IMG/VR virus record: IMGVR_UViG_3300017585_000161
Span: 18,564 to 82,563 of that record
Strand: one strand, 5' to 3'
DNA: 64,000 bases
Origin: a virus
Lineage: Duplodnaviria; Caudoviricetes
Shown here: positions 16,365 to 25,275 of the stretch, piece after piece
Layout of the letters: every line of letters starts with the position of its first letter
How positions within the stretch are numbered: the stretch's first letter is position 1
Notes under the pieces: model-generated
Told to the model about the DNA's origin: nothing
The model's database searches: none
Seen by the model: only the letters and a program-made list of their open reading frames with translations
Program-made: the position numbers and the translations under genes

Positions 16365-17363
16365 ATGATAGTGGGAAAGACCTCCGCGAATGTCACAGCC
16401 TCAGAGGTGTTCGGCAGATACTCCGAGACTGACGTGCTCTCATGTTACTTCAACATAAGGCAGCTCCCGTGCTGCATCAGCTCTCCCCTGAGGCAGGACA
16501 GGAACCCCTCCTTCAGCCTTTACCTCAACAGGAGCGGCAGGGTCAGGTACATTGACTTCGCCACTGACGAGCACGGAGACCTCATGGATTTGCTCTGCAA
16601 ATGCTGGAACTGCTCCTTCACGCAGGCTTTGGACAGGATTTACGGGGACATCATCGAGAGGTCCTCCCTTGTCCTGAAGCCCAAGACCGTCAGGACTTTC
16701 ACCAAGCAGGAGCGTGACAGGCTCTCAAAATTAGAGGTCAAGGTCAGGCCGTGGCGGGACTACGACTTTGAGTACTGGCGGAGTTACGGCATAGCCCCCC
16801 AGTGGCTTGCCTACGCCGAGGTCTATCCTGTCTCCCACAAGATTGTGACCAAGACTGACCCTGACACGGGGCGGAAGTCCCGCTATGTCTTCGCGGCTGA
16901 CAAGCACGCATACGTCTTTGTGGAGAGGAAGGACAGGCGGCTGCAGCTTAAGCTCTACCAGCCATTCAACACCAAAGGCTTCAAGTGGTGCTCAAAGATG
17001 GACGGCTCTGTCATCTCCCTCTGGACCAAGATTCCGGAGAGCGGTGACAGGGTTGTCATCTGCTCCTCCCTGAAGGACGCCCTCTGCGTCACCGCGCAGC
17101 TTCGCGTTCCCGCCCTTGCCTTGCAGGGCGAGGGCTACGGCATGTCTGACACTGCCGCCGGCGAGCTTCGGCGCAGATTCGGAAAGGTCTTCATATCCTT
17201 TGACACTGACAAGGCGGGTCTCGCTGACTCCAAGAGGCTTGCCGAGAGGACAGGCTTCGCGAGCGTGGTCCCCGATCTCGGCAAGGAAAAGGACTTCAGC
17301 GACTATTACAAGTCCCTCGCAGACAAAAAAGAATTTCTTAAACTTAAAACTTTGTTCAATTAA
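16365..17363 (+). CDS. dnaG: DNA primase (DnaG/TOPRIM)
   Basis: N-terminal SSPLRQDRNPSF...YIDF zinc-finger-like region; TOPRIM motifs ICSSLKDALC and ISFDTDKAG. Confidence 0.85.
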   Translation: MIVGKTSANVTASEVFGRYSETDVLSCYFNIRQLPCCISSPLRQDRNPSFSLYLNRSGRVRYIDFATDEHGDLMDLLCKCWNCSFTQALDRIYGDIIERSSLVLKPKTVRTFTKQERDRLSKLEVKVRPWRDYDFEYWRSYGIAPQWLAYAEVYPVSHKIVTKTDPDTGRKSRYVFAADKHAYVFVERKDRRLQLKLYQPFNTKGFKWCSKMDGSVISLWTKIPESGDRVVICSSLKDALCVTAQLRVPALALQGEGYGMSDTAAGELRRRFGKVFISFDTDKAGLADSKRLAERTGFASVVPDLGKEKDFSDYYKSLADKKEFLKLKTLFN

Positions 17364-17374
17364 ACGTTAAAATT

Positions 17375-18034
17375 ATGGACACGCAAAGAACCATTATGGT
17401 GGCTGACACCAAAACCCAGAAAAAGTACAAAATCACAACCAACGCCTCCACTCTCGGAGAGCTCAAGCAGTGCCTCTCGGACAACGGCATTGACTACAGC
17501 GGGATGTCCTTCACTGAGGGCATAACCAAGACAACCCTTATGGATGACTCGGCGCAGCTTCCGACCAACATCCCTTACAAGGGAACGACCACCAACAACC
17601 TTGTCCTCCTGCTTACCAACACGCGCAAGAACATAGCCTCTGGCGCTATGGACAGGAAGGACGCTTACAGCTACATCAAGGACAACCTGCTGCAGGACAA
17701 GGTTGAGGAGGCTTTCGGACGCAACTTCACGCAAGTGAGCACGGCAGCCCTTGAGACTTTCATCAGCAATCACTGCGGGTCTGACGCCGCTTCGCCCTCG
17801 CATGAGGACTCTCAGAAGAAAGAGAGCGGCAGCTCTGAAGACACTAAGGAAATCAAGGCTTCCGTTGTGGAGATGAAGTCCCCTGGCATCAAGGACATCA
17901 TCATTGACCTCTGCAAGCGGCTCGCTGACAAGGGTCTCCTCTCCGCCGATGACCTCGATGACATCGCTGACGAGGTTGGCTTCTATGAGGCTGACTCTGA
18001 CTTTGACGTTGACAACATGGTGAAGGAGCTTTAG
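17375..18034 (+). CDS. Ubiquitin-like (beta-grasp) protein precursor
   Basis: The N-terminal 90 aa show the beta-beta-helix(TLGELKQCL)-beta pattern ending LVLLLTNTRKNIASG, followed by a C-terminal extension. It lies upstream of E2, JAB and E1 genes. Confidence 0.7.
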   Translation: MDTQRTIMVADTKTQKKYKITTNASTLGELKQCLSDNGIDYSGMSFTEGITKTTLMDDSAQLPTNIPYKGTTTNNLVLLLTNTRKNIASGAMDRKDAYSYIKDNLLQDKVEEAFGRNFTQVSTAALETFISNHCGSDAASPSHEDSQKKESGSSEDTKEIKASVVEMKSPGIKDIIIDLCKRLADKGLLSADDLDDIADEVGFYEADSDFDVDNMVKEL

Positions 18035-18055
18035 CCATTTGCTCTTTCATCTCAC

Positions 18056-18097
18056 GGGAAACAGGAGGCGCTTCACCTCTTGTTTCCCTTATTTTTT
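18056..18097 (+). terminator. Intrinsic terminator/attenuator between the Ubl and E2 genes
   Basis: GGGAAACAGGAGG-CGCTTCA-CCTCTTGTTTCCC-TTATTTTTTT. Confidence 0.75.
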
Positions 18098-18105
18098 TAC
18101 TCTAT

Positions 18106-19341
18106 ATGTTGAACATGACAAATACTGATTGTATGTCTTACACTTCGGATGAGCTGAGGAGCGCTCTCCTCTCAAAGGTCTTTGAGGTCTATGACGTGTT
18201 CAAGGATTTCTTTGGGGAGGCTTACGTTGACCTGCAGAACTTGCCGTCCGACAGTGTCATAGCCGGCGTTTACAGCAGCCACAGGCAAGGCTCTAACTTT
18301 GTCTTTGACAGCGCTCCTGACCCTGCAGAGCTTGTCTGTCCTGACCCTTTCATCCTCGTGTGGTGGCCTCTGGTCACCGTCTCCAACGAGCATGGCAGGT
18401 CTGTTGACATTCAGGATCTGTTCGCGAAGGTGCCTGTCACGTTCTCAGGCATGATGCCTGACAGTGCAGACAGTTTCTGGCTCAACCGCAGCACTTATCC
18501 CATGGACCAGTATAGCAGCGACTACATGCACAGCCATGTCAGGAGTATTCCGAGTAATCCTGAGGTATTTCAGAGACCTTGCCTGGGCAGGGGACCTATA
18601 AACAACACTATCGCGTCCCTGCACAGGTCTTCAGACCCTCTGCTGTGGTCTCTGTTCTGCCAGGAGCTGTCCATGTACGTCACTGTTGAGTCCCTTGAGG
18701 GCATACCTTATAAGAGGCTGGAAAGCATAGGGAAAGGCAGCAAGTCTGAAGGGGCGCTTATGTTTACTACATATTCGAGAAGCCAAAACAAGCTGTGCAA
18801 CTGCCGAAAGGACTTCATCTCATGGTACTTGAGACACGGGCATCTGAAGTTCCGCTTCTCTGAGGGCTCCTTCTCGCTTGGAATGACTCCCTATGACTTC
18901 TATGTGGACATCAGTAACGCCTTCATCAGTTGGTATAACGCGCAAAGCGAAGAGTATCTTGGTCCCCGCCTTATGGTTAATGAGCTGTTTTACAGAGGCA
19001 TCATTGATAAGAAGCTGCTCAAGGACGGAGGCATCTACTCTCCCGATTCGCCTTATAGCTCGGCTTCTCTTGACAGTGTGGGAAAGCATGTATGCTGGTT
19101 TAAGGGGCGGGACATCCGCTTGAAAATACTTGACCCTGACAGCAGTGAGGCTGACGCCAACTTGTCTGTCATCCTCGCTCCTGACGTGGCTTCGGTCATT
19201 CTTCAGTCTATTCTTAAAATACTTAACTTCAGATACAAAAATGGAAACAGCAAAAACAATGAAAACAGAGGCGGAAACACCGCAGCGGCTGGTGGAGCAG
19301 CGTCCGCTGCCTCCCCTCATAAAAATGCCAGATACTTTTAG
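18106..19341 (+). CDS. Prokaryotic E2-like conjugating enzyme with an extra C-terminal domain
   Basis: YMHSHV-x13-CLGRGP resembles the E2 HPN...C(L) active-site arrangement (Cys codon at 18580); gene context supports this. The start codon is uncertain (18106, 18115 or 18133). Confidence 0.65.
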   Translation: MLNMTNTDCMSYTSDELRSALLSKVFEVYDVFKDFFGEAYVDLQNLPSDSVIAGVYSSHRQGSNFVFDSAPDPAELVCPDPFILVWWPLVTVSNEHGRSVDIQDLFAKVPVTFSGMMPDSADSFWLNRSTYPMDQYSSDYMHSHVRSIPSNPEVFQRPCLGRGPINNTIASLHRSSDPLLWSLFCQELSMYVTVESLEGIPYKRLESIGKGSKSEGALMFTTYSRSQNKLCNCRKDFISWYLRHGHLKFRFSEGSFSLGMTPYDFYVDISNAFISWYNAQSEEYLGPRLMVNELFYRGIIDKKLLKDGGIYSPDSPYSSASLDSVGKHVCWFKGRDIRLKILDPDSSEADANLSVILAPDVASVILQSILKILNFRYKNGNSKNNENRGGNTAAAGGAASAASPHKNARYF

Positions 19342-20455
19342 GCTCGTCATCCCTGAGGGCATGGAACGCAAGATAAGGTACCTGCAAGCCAAATACCCTG
19401 ACACTGAGTGGTCGGGAGTGCTCTTCTACACCTGCGCGGGCTCCTTTGAGACTAAAGACTTCACTGTTACCTGTGCCGACATCTATCCCATGGACTTGGG
19501 CAACTCCACATACACAGAGTTCAAGAATACCCCTGACGTGGCGGCGTACATGGCTGAGGACATGGAGCTTTTTGACTGCAACATCGGACTGGTTCATTCG
19601 CACCACTCCATGCCCGCGTTCTTCAGCGGCACTGACAAGGGCACTCTTCAGTCTGAGGGCAATGACACCTGCAACTTCGTCTCCCTCATAGTGAACAACG
19701 AGGGCACATATACCGCAGCTGTCACAAGGAAAGTCTCTGTCTCAAGCGATGTCTCCGAATGGTGCTCCTATGGCTTCTTCGGCTCTGACCTCCCTGTGTC
19801 CTATAATAGGAAGTACTCCACGGAGAAGGAGACCCGCATAGAGTATTTCATGCTTGATGTCGAGAAGCCTGACATCCCAAACCCCTTCTCTTATATAGAT
19901 GAAAGGTTTAACGAGATTGTGAAAAACAAAGAGGCTAAGGCTGTTAAGGCTTCAAGACATAAGCATGAAACCGAGTGGAACAGGAATAACAGTATTCCCG
20001 TCCCCTCTCCGCTTTCCCCTCTCCCCTCCGCCGTGTCTCCCTGCCAAAGTTCCGCCGTCTCGGAGCCTTGCCTGTTCTCTGAAGAGGAGATGGGCGCCCT
20101 GCCGCAGCCTGACCCCAATGTCATACATGACGTTGTGGCGAAAATTCTCCTGTGCTCCCTCATAGTCAACACTGACAAGATTGACCTTGACCTTTGGGTG
20201 AAAAAGCACATGGTGAGGGTTTATGACAAGGAGTTCGGAGGCTCTGACATGCTGAAGTTCGTTGAGTACAGGGACTGGGCGGTGGGCTACGTCCTTGACT
20301 ACTATGAGGACACATGGCTGTCCCCTGACGCTATGGATGACACCACGTACATGTACGCCATATACGAGGCCATCATTAGCGTGCTTTCTGACTACCAGAG
20401 CGCGGACAACAAGTACATTGACAGCTTCATTGAGGCTTTCTCCGCGTGCCTTTAA
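19241..20455 (+). CDS. JAB/MPN+ metallo-isopeptidase
   Basis: EWSG...HSHHSMPAFFSGTD matches the JAMM motif E-x(n)-HxH-x7-S-x2-D. The likely start is ATG 19241 or 19259. Confidence 0.9.
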   Translation: METAKTMKTEAETPQRLVEQRPLPPLIKMPDTFRLVIPEGMERKIRYLQAKYPDTEWSGVLFYTCAGSFETKDFTVTCADIYPMDLGNSTYTEFKNTPDVAAYMAEDMELFDCNIGLVHSHHSMPAFFSGTDKGTLQSEGNDTCNFVSLIVNNEGTYTAAVTRKVSVSSDVSEWCSYGFFGSDLPVSYNRKYSTEKETRIEYFMLDVEKPDIPNPFSYIDERFNEIVKNKEAKAVKASRHKHETEWNRNNSIPVPSPLSPLPSAVSPCQSSAVSEPCLFSEEEMGALPQPDPNVIHDVVAKILLCSLIVNTDKIDLDLWVKKHMVRVYDKEFGGSDMLKFVEYRDWAVGYVLDYYEDTWLSPDAMDDTTYMYAIYEAIISVLSDYQSADNKYIDSFIEAFSACL

Positions 20456-20491
20456 GGGAATGTTCCCGCAAAACTTATAAAAACTGACAAA

Positions 20492-21817
20492 ATGAATAAC
20501 CCTTTGGATGACATGATAAGGTCGGCGGGATACAGTCCCGCTGACTTCTCTCCTTATTCTTCCCAGCACTCTTCTCATCATTCCTCTCCCCGCATTGCCG
20601 CAACAGCTGACCCTATTGCCATACGCCGGCGCCTGTCTCAGCCAAACACTGTCTATGCCGCCGTGGAGGAGCAGCATGACAGCCCTGACCCTATAGCGGT
20701 GGCGATGCCTGACGTGGTAGAGGTGACGGACATGGCTGACGATGCTATAATAGATGAGGTTACGGCTGAAAACTCTGCTTTAAACGAAACACCTGAAACC
20801 TCTGCTAATGAGAGTGTTGCAGATAATGGCTCTACTGAAACTTCAGATGAGTTCACAGACAATGACTGGAACAGCATCCTTGAGGACGCAGGCTTCTCTT
20901 CTGACTCCCCAGTGCAGGAGGTGGCAGCTTCTTCAGAGGAAAACACGGACGGACAGAATGGGGAGGAAAGCGAAGAGGAGGAAGAGACCGAAAATGAGGA
21001 TGATGGGGACGAGGACGAAGATGAGGACGAAGAGGAAGAGGATGGAAATACTGAAGACTCAAACCCTGCTTCCTATCATATTCCTGAGAACTCCCCCACC
21101 CTGCTCATTGACGACTCCACAAGCCGCTTCTCAGGGACAGAGTGGTATGACGAGATAAGGAAGTCTGTCGTCATCATCGCGGGAACAGGAGGCATAGGCT
21201 CCAACCTGGCTTTCCAGATAGCGAGGATGCATCCCGCAACCCTTGTCCTCTATGACGATGACAGGGTGGAGACGAGCAACATGTCAGGGCAGCTTTTCTC
21301 AAGGGATGACATCGACAGGTACAAGGTCTTCGCCGTGGCTGACATGATAGGGAAATACACTACAATGACCAACGCCTTCGCCGTTAACACCAAGTTCACC
21401 TCTCGGTCCGAGGCCGGCGACATCATGATGTGCGGCTTTGACTCCATGTCAGCGAGAGACATCTTCTTCAGCTCATGGAGAAAGCATGTTGAGATGAAGC
21501 CTTTTAACGAGCGCCGTAAGTGCCTCTTCCTTGACGGCAGGCTCTCCATTGACACCCTGCAAGTGCTTGCCATGACCGGGGATGATGACTACAGCATCAA
21601 CAGGTACAGGCGTGAGTTCCTCTTCTCTGACCATGAGGCTGAGAGTACGGTATGCTCCCTCAAGCAGACCACTTACCTCGCCTGCATGATAGCCTCCGTG
21701 ATGACCAACCTCTTCACCAACTTCATAGCTGACTCTCTCAATCCGGAAATTCCGTATGACCTGCCTTTCTTCACTGAGTACAACGCTCAGAACATGTTGT
21801 TCAAAACCGAGGTCTGA
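20492..21817 (+). CDS. E1/ThiF-family adenylating enzyme with a long acidic N-terminal extension
   Basis: IAGTGGIGS nucleotide-binding loop, YDDDRVETSNMSGQ, CGFDSMSAR, FLDGR, and candidate catalytic Cys in TVCSLKQ (codon 21653). Confidence 0.9.
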   Translation: MNNPLDDMIRSAGYSPADFSPYSSQHSSHHSSPRIAATADPIAIRRRLSQPNTVYAAVEEQHDSPDPIAVAMPDVVEVTDMADDAIIDEVTAENSALNETPETSANESVADNGSTETSDEFTDNDWNSILEDAGFSSDSPVQEVAASSEENTDGQNGEESEEEEETENEDDGDEDEDEDEEEEDGNTEDSNPASYHIPENSPTLLIDDSTSRFSGTEWYDEIRKSVVIIAGTGGIGSNLAFQIARMHPATLVLYDDDRVETSNMSGQLFSRDDIDRYKVFAVADMIGKYTTMTNAFAVNTKFTSRSEAGDIMMCGFDSMSARDIFFSSWRKHVEMKPFNERRKCLFLDGRLSIDTLQVLAMTGDDDYSINRYRREFLFSDHEAESTVCSLKQTTYLACMIASVMTNLFTNFIADSLNPEIPYDLPFFTEYNAQNMLFKTEV

Positions 21818-22596
21818 TGGATATAGGATATTGTTTGAGGGACATGTACAGTAACACGCCAAGCGGCGCGATGGGCGTCTCAATCTCTATGTATGACGGA
21901 GCGCTGTCTCGTTGCATGGTGATTGATGTCAGCCAGCCTGTGTTCGAGGTTCCTCTCTTCGTCATGCCCATGTTCTGTCCGCGTATGCAGGACTTGTTTG
22001 ACAATAATTTCACAGTCGTAGTCCCGCTGATACATTCTTTAAGAAGTCCGTCCTACAAGAGCGTTCCCTGCGCTATTGCCAAAGAGGTCTTCAGCTGCTC
22101 CCACTATGACAGTGACAAGCTGTGGAGGATAAAGCTGCCAGCTCCCAATGAGGAAGTCGTTTACTATGGCTCAAGAGGAGTCGTGTTCAATGAGTCCCTG
22201 AAGCCTATGGCTATCTGCTCGTGGAGAATGTCAAAAACTGATGTGGCTTCGCCTGACAGTCCTGTAAAGCATATAGTCAGCATTGAGAGGCCTGTGCTCC
22301 GCATATCCCCTGAGTGCTACCTCGCTAAGGCTGACCCTGTGCAGAGCTTCATCAACAACAAGATGCTCAAGACTCTGCTCGCTGATCCCGTAAGAGCGCC
22401 ATGGAGCTACAGTTTCCACGGACAGCCGTCATGCGAGGTTCTTCATTGTGGTGACATGTTCAGGGTGCAGGTCATCATCGAGGACTGGCCCTATCTCATA
22501 GAGAGCCCTTCCCCTCCCTCGGTGTCTGTCACGCAGCAAGACCTTGTGGACACCGTGCTGGACAACATTGACGACCTTGACCAAATGCTTCCCTGA
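21817..22596 (+). CDS. Hypothetical protein translationally coupled to E1
   Basis: 259 aa; TGATG overlap with the E1 stop codon. Confidence 0.75.
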   Translation: MDIGYCLRDMYSNTPSGAMGVSISMYDGALSRCMVIDVSQPVFEVPLFVMPMFCPRMQDLFDNNFTVVVPLIHSLRSPSYKSVPCAIAKEVFSCSHYDSDKLWRIKLPAPNEEVVYYGSRGVVFNESLKPMAICSWRMSKTDVASPDSPVKHIVSIERPVLRISPECYLAKADPVQSFINNKMLKTLLADPVRAPWSYSFHGQPSCEVLHCGDMFRVQVIIEDWPYLIESPSPPSVSVTQQDLVDTVLDNIDDLDQMLP

Positions 22597-22603
22597 CGTA
22601 GTA

Positions 22604-23287
22604 ATGAGCATACAAGAGTATTTCGGAGACTGGCGGCATGTCCTTGACCTGCCCCTCGCTGACAGCATCGTCAGGAAATTGGCTTCTATGAGGCAGCCCC
22701 TATGCCCCGACGTCAAAGATGTCTTCAGGGCTTTCACTTTGTGCGGCCTTGAGAGCTTGAGGGTTGTCATCATAGGCCAGGACCCTTACTGTGACTGGTC
22801 TGAAGGGTGTCCGACAGCTACTGGCGTAGCTTTCGCCAACGCTAAGGACACTCGTGAGGAAAGCTACTCTCCGTCCTTAAAAGTTCTAATGGAGTCAGTA
22901 ATTGACTTTTCTGTCCCTCATAATCATGTTAACTTTGACCCCAGTTTGGAGAAGTGGGAGGCGCAGGGGGCGCTGATGCTTAACTCAGCGCTCTCCTGTG
23001 CCAAAGGCCAGCCAGGGTCTCACGCCCTTTTATGGAGGCCTTTCGTCACTTCTTTCCTGAGAAAGCTGTCCGGCTTCAAGCCAGGTGTCGTGTATGTCCT
23101 CATGGGCAGCGTGGCGCGGTCTTTGGAGCGGCATATAGACAAGAGGTTCAGCTTCGTCTTTTCCGTCCCTCATCCCGCGTGGTACGCAAGGCAGGGAAAG
23201 AAGATGCCCTCCTCTCTCTGGCTGGACATTAACAGGATACTCATAGGGCAGAACGGATATGGAATAGAATGGTATGAAGAGCGCTGA
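22604..23287 (+). CDS. ung: Uracil-DNA glycosylase, family 1
   Basis: VIIGQDPY, LMLNSALS, HALLWRPF, LMG and VPHPA motifs; ATG at 22604. Confidence 0.9.
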   Translation: MSIQEYFGDWRHVLDLPLADSIVRKLASMRQPLCPDVKDVFRAFTLCGLESLRVVIIGQDPYCDWSEGCPTATGVAFANAKDTREESYSPSLKVLMESVIDFSVPHNHVNFDPSLEKWEAQGALMLNSALSCAKGQPGSHALLWRPFVTSFLRKLSGFKPGVVYVLMGSVARSLERHIDKRFSFVFSVPHPAWYARQGKKMPSSLWLDINRILIGQNGYGIEWYEER

Positions 23288-23714
23288 GAACAAGAAAATC
23301 AAGAACGCCACTCCTTTGGAGTATGACGGCATACGCTTCAAGTCAAAACTTGAGGTCATGGCCTACAAGACTCTCAGGGAGCATGGCTTCCCCGTGATGT
23401 ACGAGCCTGTGAAGTTTGTCATCTGGGACGGGTTCAAGCCCACTGTCCCCTTTTATGACAAGGACAATGGAACAAGGCTGCTCAAGCCTAACGCGAAGAA
23501 GCTCATTAACGTCACTTACACTCCTGACCTTATGTTCCCCTATAAGGGGAAGAACATAATAATGGAGCTAAAGGGATTCGAGAACGACAGCTACCCCCTG
23601 AAGAAAAAACTCTTCAGGGCTTATCTTGAGCGGCATTGCTCCAACAGCCTGTACTTTGAGATTTTCTCAAAGAAACAGCTCTTGCAGGCGATAGAGATAA
23701 TAAAGAACTTATAA
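23274..23714 (+). CDS. PD-(D/E)xK endonuclease (DUF1064/resolvase-like)
   Basis: YDGIRFKSKLE and YTPD-x10-MELKG. Confidence 0.75.
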   Translation: MKSAENKKIKNATPLEYDGIRFKSKLEVMAYKTLREHGFPVMYEPVKFVIWDGFKPTVPFYDKDNGTRLLKPNAKKLINVTYTPDLMFPYKGKNIIMELKGFENDSYPLKKKLFRAYLERHCSNSLYFEIFSKKQLLQAIEIIKNL

Positions 23715-23723
23715 ACATTAATT

Positions 23724-24788
23724 ATGGACAAGACATTAGACCAGATAGCGTGGAACGTCTCGGAGCCTGAGTACAGGGCTGACCCCGCGCTCTCCTACTC
23801 CACTCTCGCCAAGTTTGAGAGGGAGGGCTTTGACAACCTCGGCACTCTGTTCGCCCATGTTGACACTCCCTCCCTGCTGCTTGGAAGCATGGTGGACACC
23901 CTTGTTACAGGCAGCAGAGAGGAGTTTGACAGCCTTTACTATGTGGCTGACATTCCTCCTATAGGCGAGAAGGAGCAGCAGGCGGCGAAAGGCCTTTACC
24001 AGAAATGGGGGCACATGTTCTTCCAGTTCGACGCCATCCCCTCGGAGCAGGTGCTTGAGGCTGCCAACATCGTAGGCTTCTATCCCCATTGGAGGGATGA
24101 CACAAGAGTCAGGGTCTTGAGGGAAAGGTGTCCCATATACTATAACACCATACATTTGGCGAAAGGCAAGAGGGTTGTGGACACCGGCACTTACAACACC
24201 GCCCTCAGCATGGTGAAGGCTCTGCGCGAGAGTCCCGCCACAAGCGGGTACTTCGCTGACAACCAGCCTGGCTCCCCTGTGCAGAGGTACTACCAGCTCA
24301 AGTTCAAGTTCTCCCATGACGGGGTGGACTACCGCAGCATGGCTGACCTCCTTGTCTGCCTGTATGACGAGAAGCGCGTGATACCATGCGACCTGAAGAC
24401 AAGCTCCCATTCGGAGTGGAACTTTCAGGACAGCTTCCTGCAATGGGGTTATATGATACAGTCGCGTCTGTATTGGAGGAACATTCGCGCCAATATGGAC
24501 AAAGACCCTTACTTCAAGGACTTCACTCTTGACGACTACCATTTTATAGTTGTCAACAGGAAGACCCTTACCCCTCTCGTGTGGAGGTTCCCCTATACCA
24601 AAGTCTCTGGCGTTCTCATCGACGGCAAGGGCAACAGGTACAGGGACCCCTTTGATATTGGGAAGGAGCTTTGCGGCTACCTCTATGACAGGCCGAGAGT
24701 CCCTAACGGGATTGACCCCTGTGGAGTGAACGCCATAACGGCTCTCCATCCTTTGAATGATGACAATACATCGAATGAAAATGCTTAA
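23724..24788 (+). CDS. PD-(D/E)xK exonuclease (RecE/ExoVIII-like)
   Basis: LSYSTL, MADLL...PCDLKTS and YMIQSRLY motifs. Confidence 0.8.
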   Translation: MDKTLDQIAWNVSEPEYRADPALSYSTLAKFEREGFDNLGTLFAHVDTPSLLLGSMVDTLVTGSREEFDSLYYVADIPPIGEKEQQAAKGLYQKWGHMFFQFDAIPSEQVLEAANIVGFYPHWRDDTRVRVLRERCPIYYNTIHLAKGKRVVDTGTYNTALSMVKALRESPATSGYFADNQPGSPVQRYYQLKFKFSHDGVDYRSMADLLVCLYDEKRVIPCDLKTSSHSEWNFQDSFLQWGYMIQSRLYWRNIRANMDKDPYFKDFTLDDYHFIVVNRKTLTPLVWRFPYTKVSGVLIDGKGNRYRDPFDIGKELCGYLYDRPRVPNGIDPCGVNAITALHPLNDDNTSNENA

Positions 24789-25275
24789 CGAGGATTTTTT
24801 CAGTTCTGAGGACAAGCAGGTTCTCAAGCTCAAGAGAACCATAGCGGCGTTCAAGAAGTACGACGCCGAGCGGAAAAGGTACATCCAGAGGCTCCAGTGG
24901 GAGATGGAGGACATCAGCGAGCGCTACTGCCGGCTGAAAGCCTCTGTCCCTAAAGACATTCAGGAGCTGGATGACAAGTACAGGCAGAAAATCAAGAACC
25001 TCAAGGCCAACATGGCGGGACAGGCAAGGAAAATCGAGAAGCTGGACAAGACCATCCGCCTCATGCAGGACCCCGGCGCTCTCGCCAGGGCCGAGGAGGT
25101 TCTCAAAAGCTATGACCTGGTTCAGCTCAAGCAGGAGAACGAGGCTCTTGAGAGGCAGGTGGCCAACCTCCGCAAGACCAACAACGAGCTTATCTGCAAG
25201 TTAATCAGCCTTGAGAAGGCTGCTGACAATAATAAGACAAAAGCAAATGACAATGAGAATCAAAACGCTGGTTAA
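24778..25275 (+). CDS. Coiled-coil hypothetical protein
   Basis: ORF 24757..25275, likely ATG at 24778. Confidence 0.7.
   Translation, partial: KMLNEDFFSSEDKQVLKLKRTIAAFKKYDAERKRYIQRLQWEMEDISERYCRLKASVPKDIQELDDKYRQKIKNLKANMAGQARKIEKLDKTIRLMQDPGALARAEEVLKSYDLVQLKQENEALERQVANLRKTNNELICKLISLEKAADNNKTKANDNENQNAG

Noticed and set aside
20492-21817. ThiF as a thiamine/molybdopterin or tRNA-thiolation enzyme
   Set aside because: No ThiS/MoaD-sized carrier ending in GG, and no sulfurtransferase or pathway genes. The adjacent E2-like and JAB genes fit conjugation better, though this is not formally excluded.
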